The notes beneath the pieces were generated by a model, which saw only the letters and a list, made by a program, of their open reading frames with translations, made no database searches and had not been told where the DNA came from. Source: a virus. Taken from it: 64,000 nucleotides of DNA. This document shows, in pieces, positions 62,175-64,000 of this stretch (positions are counted from its first letter, which is position 1; every line of letters starts with the position of its first letter). The position numbers were made by a program, and so were the translations under genes. The stretch spans positions 1 to 64,000 of IMG/VR virus record IMGVR_UViG_3300045988_161046; one strand, given 5' to 3'.

Positions 62175-62228
62175 AAAAACGATGCAGCCCTGCCGTCCGC
62201 GATGGATAGCAGGGCTTTTATCGTTTTT
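62175..62228. terminator. bidirectional terminator: A-tract, stem AAAAACGAT..GCCCTGC / GCAGGGC..ATCGTTTTT, T-tract; the loop is the reverse complement of the conserved TATCCATCGCGGACG
   Basis: Read directly. The inner stem is 7 bp and the outer stem 9 bp. Confidence 0.65.
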
Positions 62229-62264
62229 TGGTAACAGAAACATTGCGCTTTCAGATCATTTTCG

Positions 62265-62272
62265 TATCTTTG
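62265..62272 (+). promoter_or_regulatory. -7 box TATCTTTG (plus strand), second copy
   Basis: It lies about 26 nt upstream of the ATG at 62298. Confidence 0.5.
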
Positions 62273-62297
62273 CGGCAGAAAATAAAATATTAAGATT

Positions 62298-62657
62298 ATG
62301 AAAAAATTAGAACCATACGAAAATCAAATGATGTACCTGGTAGGTGGCAGTAGGTTGCCATCAACTCCTGGAGAGCGAGAGTTGGAGCACAAGTGTAATC
62401 CGCACCCTAACGACTGGATAGATGGTATCTATGATTTCAACAAACTTCCTTTCGCTGTTATAATGCAGAAAGGTCTTGTAACGCAAGCAGAGGATGAACG
62501 AAGGAAAGGTAGATATGGCTATCTTAGTGATTTAATTCCATCTTTCGGCGGCTCTGATGCTCCATATTTCTCTGACATGATATTAGAACCTATAGAGAAG
62601 TTCAATGCAACACACTTCCCTGACGGACGAGAAAAGAATAAGGCGGTCACCATGTAG
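62298..62657 (+). CDS. hypothetical protein
   Basis: Taken from the ORF track. It has its own promoter-like box. Confidence 0.55.
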   Translation: MKKLEPYENQMMYLVGGSRLPSTPGERELEHKCNPHPNDWIDGIYDFNKLPFAVIMQKGLVTQAEDERRKGRYGYLSDLIPSFGGSDAPYFSDMILEPIEKFNATHFPDGREKNKAVTM

Positions 62658-62676
62658 TGAACCGCCTTATCTGTTC

Positions 62677-63003
62677 CTATCCTTCTAGTAAATCAACTAT
62701 CTGACCATAACCACCTACAGCCATCACAGGACAGAGTATCTTCTTGATAAGAATAATGTCCTCGGCTTCGATGTCTACGTTCTCAGCATCCTTGCCTATC
62801 TTGCAAGCTACCCGATAAGCACGTAGCTTTTCTTCGCCCGATAGCTGAATACTCTGATTGTCTATCACCTCGAAGAGCACCTTTCCTACAATATCGCCCA
62901 TAATCTGTGGCTTGTAGGTTTCCTCTCCGTTCTCGTTCTTTACTGGTGATACTATCACCTCACCCTTCCAATTCTTGAAAGGTACATTGAAATTCTTTTT
63001 CAT
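62677..63003 (-). CDS. hypothetical protein downstream of the tail-fibre gene
   Basis: Taken from the ORF track. Confidence 0.5.
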   Translation of the reverse strand: MKKNFNVPFKNWKGEVIVSPVKNENGEETYKPQIMGDIVGKVLFEVIDNQSIQLSGEEKLRAYRVACKIGKDAENVDIEAEDIILIKKILCPVMAVGGYGQIVDLLEG

Positions 63004-63030
63004 ATTTCTTACTTTTTAATAATTATATTG

Positions 63031-64000
63031 CTATTTCCCAATAAACCAATTTACGTTCCAATTATTACCATCATATATTAATTCTGTTCTCTGGTTGTAT
63101 GCACCCGAAGTGAAGCTATTTCTAGAAACTCCGTACCAAGACATATTATTAAGTGATGATTTAATAACAAAGTTGTCACCAGCTTGTATAAACTTATAAT
63201 ATTGACCTCTCTGAGGTTTATCGGGGAGTGTTAGCGTTACGCCTCTTGTTACTATAATGAAGCAATCCATCTCAGATAATGTAATACTCTTATTGACTTT
63301 TCTTGTCACAGGACGTAATCCAGCATACATTCCTCTAGATGCGCATATTGCAAAGTTGCCTGATGGTTCATCGGAATAGCTACTTTGTTCCCTTGTTCCA
63401 CCTTCGGCATGCAATACTAAACATGCCTTAGAATCGTCTGGTCGGTACTCTCGGTCGTCTATCCTTATATCAGATATTAGATTACTAATACCATAAATTG
63501 GGGAGACACGCTTTGTAGTACCAATCCAGATAATTCTATCATTAGTTGTATGGTCAGTTGTGTGTGTGAAGAATAAACTATTCTCTGATAATTGCATTGG
63601 TTTGTGCGTGGTGTTATAACCATCGTCATATTCTAAGATTCCATTGTCTGTCAATGTGAATCTACCTATTCTTCCCATTAACGCATAGATTGCTCCATCT
63701 TGCGTCACATGGAATGGAGCATTTTTAGCATTATCCGCACCAACAAAGAGAGGAGCATAGGTAGTATCATCTACCTTGCAAGCTTCCATATTCTCGGTAT
63801 TTCCGAAATATCCCACATTGGCAGTTCCGTCCTCGGACTTCGCCCAAAGATGCTTAACCTCGATTTTATCTGCATCAATCAGGTTAGCATTGAGCTTACC
63901 ATTACTGAACATGGCAATGGTGTTATTGTTCTCATCAATAACGCTCGTCTGCTTCGCCTTGATAGCAACACTATCCGAACCGATTACAATACCAGCCGCC
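63031..64000 (-). CDS. tail fibre / receptor-binding protein, partial (N-terminus beyond the right window edge)
   Basis: The frame of track ORF 63031..63912 stays open upstream to position 64000 (AAGIVIGSDSVAIKAKQTSVIDENNNTIA-MFSNGKLNANLIDADKIEVKHLWAK...). The sequence is beta-rich and G/N/T/S-rich, typical of fibre C-termini. Confidence 0.55.
   Translation of the reverse strand, partial: AAGIVIGSDSVAIKAKQTSVIDENNNTIAMFSNGKLNANLIDADKIEVKHLWAKSEDGTANVGYFGNTENMEACKVDDTTYAPLFVGADNAKNAPFHVTQDGAIYALMGRIGRFTLTDNGILEYDDGYNTTHKPMQLSENSLFFTHTTDHTTNDRIIWIGTTKRVSPIYGISNLISDIRIDDREYRPDDSKACLVLHAEGGTREQSSYSDEPSGNFAICASRGMYAGLRPVTRKVNKSITLSEMDCFIIVTRGVTLTLPDKPQRGQYYKFIQAGDNFVIKSSLNNMSWYGVSRNSFTSGAYNQRTELIYDGNNWNVNWFIGK

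Noticed and set aside
1-64000. Integrase, recombinase, transposase, tRNA genes and portal or major capsid genes
   Set aside because: I looked for the usual signatures: tyrosine recombinase R..HxxR..Y, serine recombinase motifs, DDE motifs and cloverleaf-sized structures. Nothing convincing turned up. The head genes are presumably outside this window. This absence is based on reading by eye, not on a search.

Overview
This window looks like part of a large tailed-phage genome with a plasmid-type maintenance module, so a candidate phage-plasmid. The host is probably Bacteroidota. That host call is an inference from several TAnnTTTG-type -7 promoter boxes, from lipoproteins with acidic residues after the lipobox Cys, and from REP-like CCCAGGGC..GCCCTGGG palindromes.

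Gene layout:
- 1-6.7 kb (minus strand): virion-side genes. A truncated tape measure gene runs off the left edge, followed by two unknown ORFs and a holin-like membrane protein.
- 6.9-12.1 kb (plus strand): two DNA methyltransferases, one of them split at a G11 tract, and the large terminase.
- 12.4-59 kb: an almost uninterrupted leftward (minus-strand) block.
  - Many small accessory ORFs, including a radical SAM enzyme, YopX, ASCH and a PD-(D/E)XK protein.
  - A replication module: a beta-clamp (DnaN), an SSB-like protein, a 1227-aa primase/P-loop protein and a DEDD exonuclease.
  - A plasmid-like module: parA, an RHH parG-like gene, a 22-bp iteron origin and rep.
  - A block of short early-type genes at 48-57 kb, each preceded by a conserved leader motif.
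- 59-64 kb: an XRE-type repressor candidate, a surface lipoprotein, repeat-rich intergenic DNA and a truncated tail-fibre gene at the right edge.

I found no integrase, transposase, capsid or portal gene, tRNA or cas gene in the window.

The most unusual signals are at the RNA/DNA level:
1. A plus-strand, promoter-to-terminator unit at 48.68-48.89 kb lies antisense to the surrounding genes. It carries a near-perfect Cas12a (type V-A) crRNA 5' handle followed by a 21-nt guide-like segment. Just upstream are two spacerless tandem copies of a class-1-like repeat. This is a candidate phage solitary-repeat RNA, either an RNA anti-CRISPR or a mini-array.
2. A dispersed family of about 9 hairpin elements (GACCAGCGATAGAATCGCTGGGGACGGAGGC) shows compensatory stem changes, and all copies share one orientation.
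3. Hairpins with different stems share one conserved 14-15-nt loop.
4. GGTAAAAA and TGTTGAA micro-arrays sit at gene ends.
5. A pair of roughly 95-bp inverted REP-like repeats brackets 11.5 kb.
6. A roughly 470-bp GC-rich, C-skewed island has no credible coding frame.

All functional calls come from motifs read by eye. No database search was possible.
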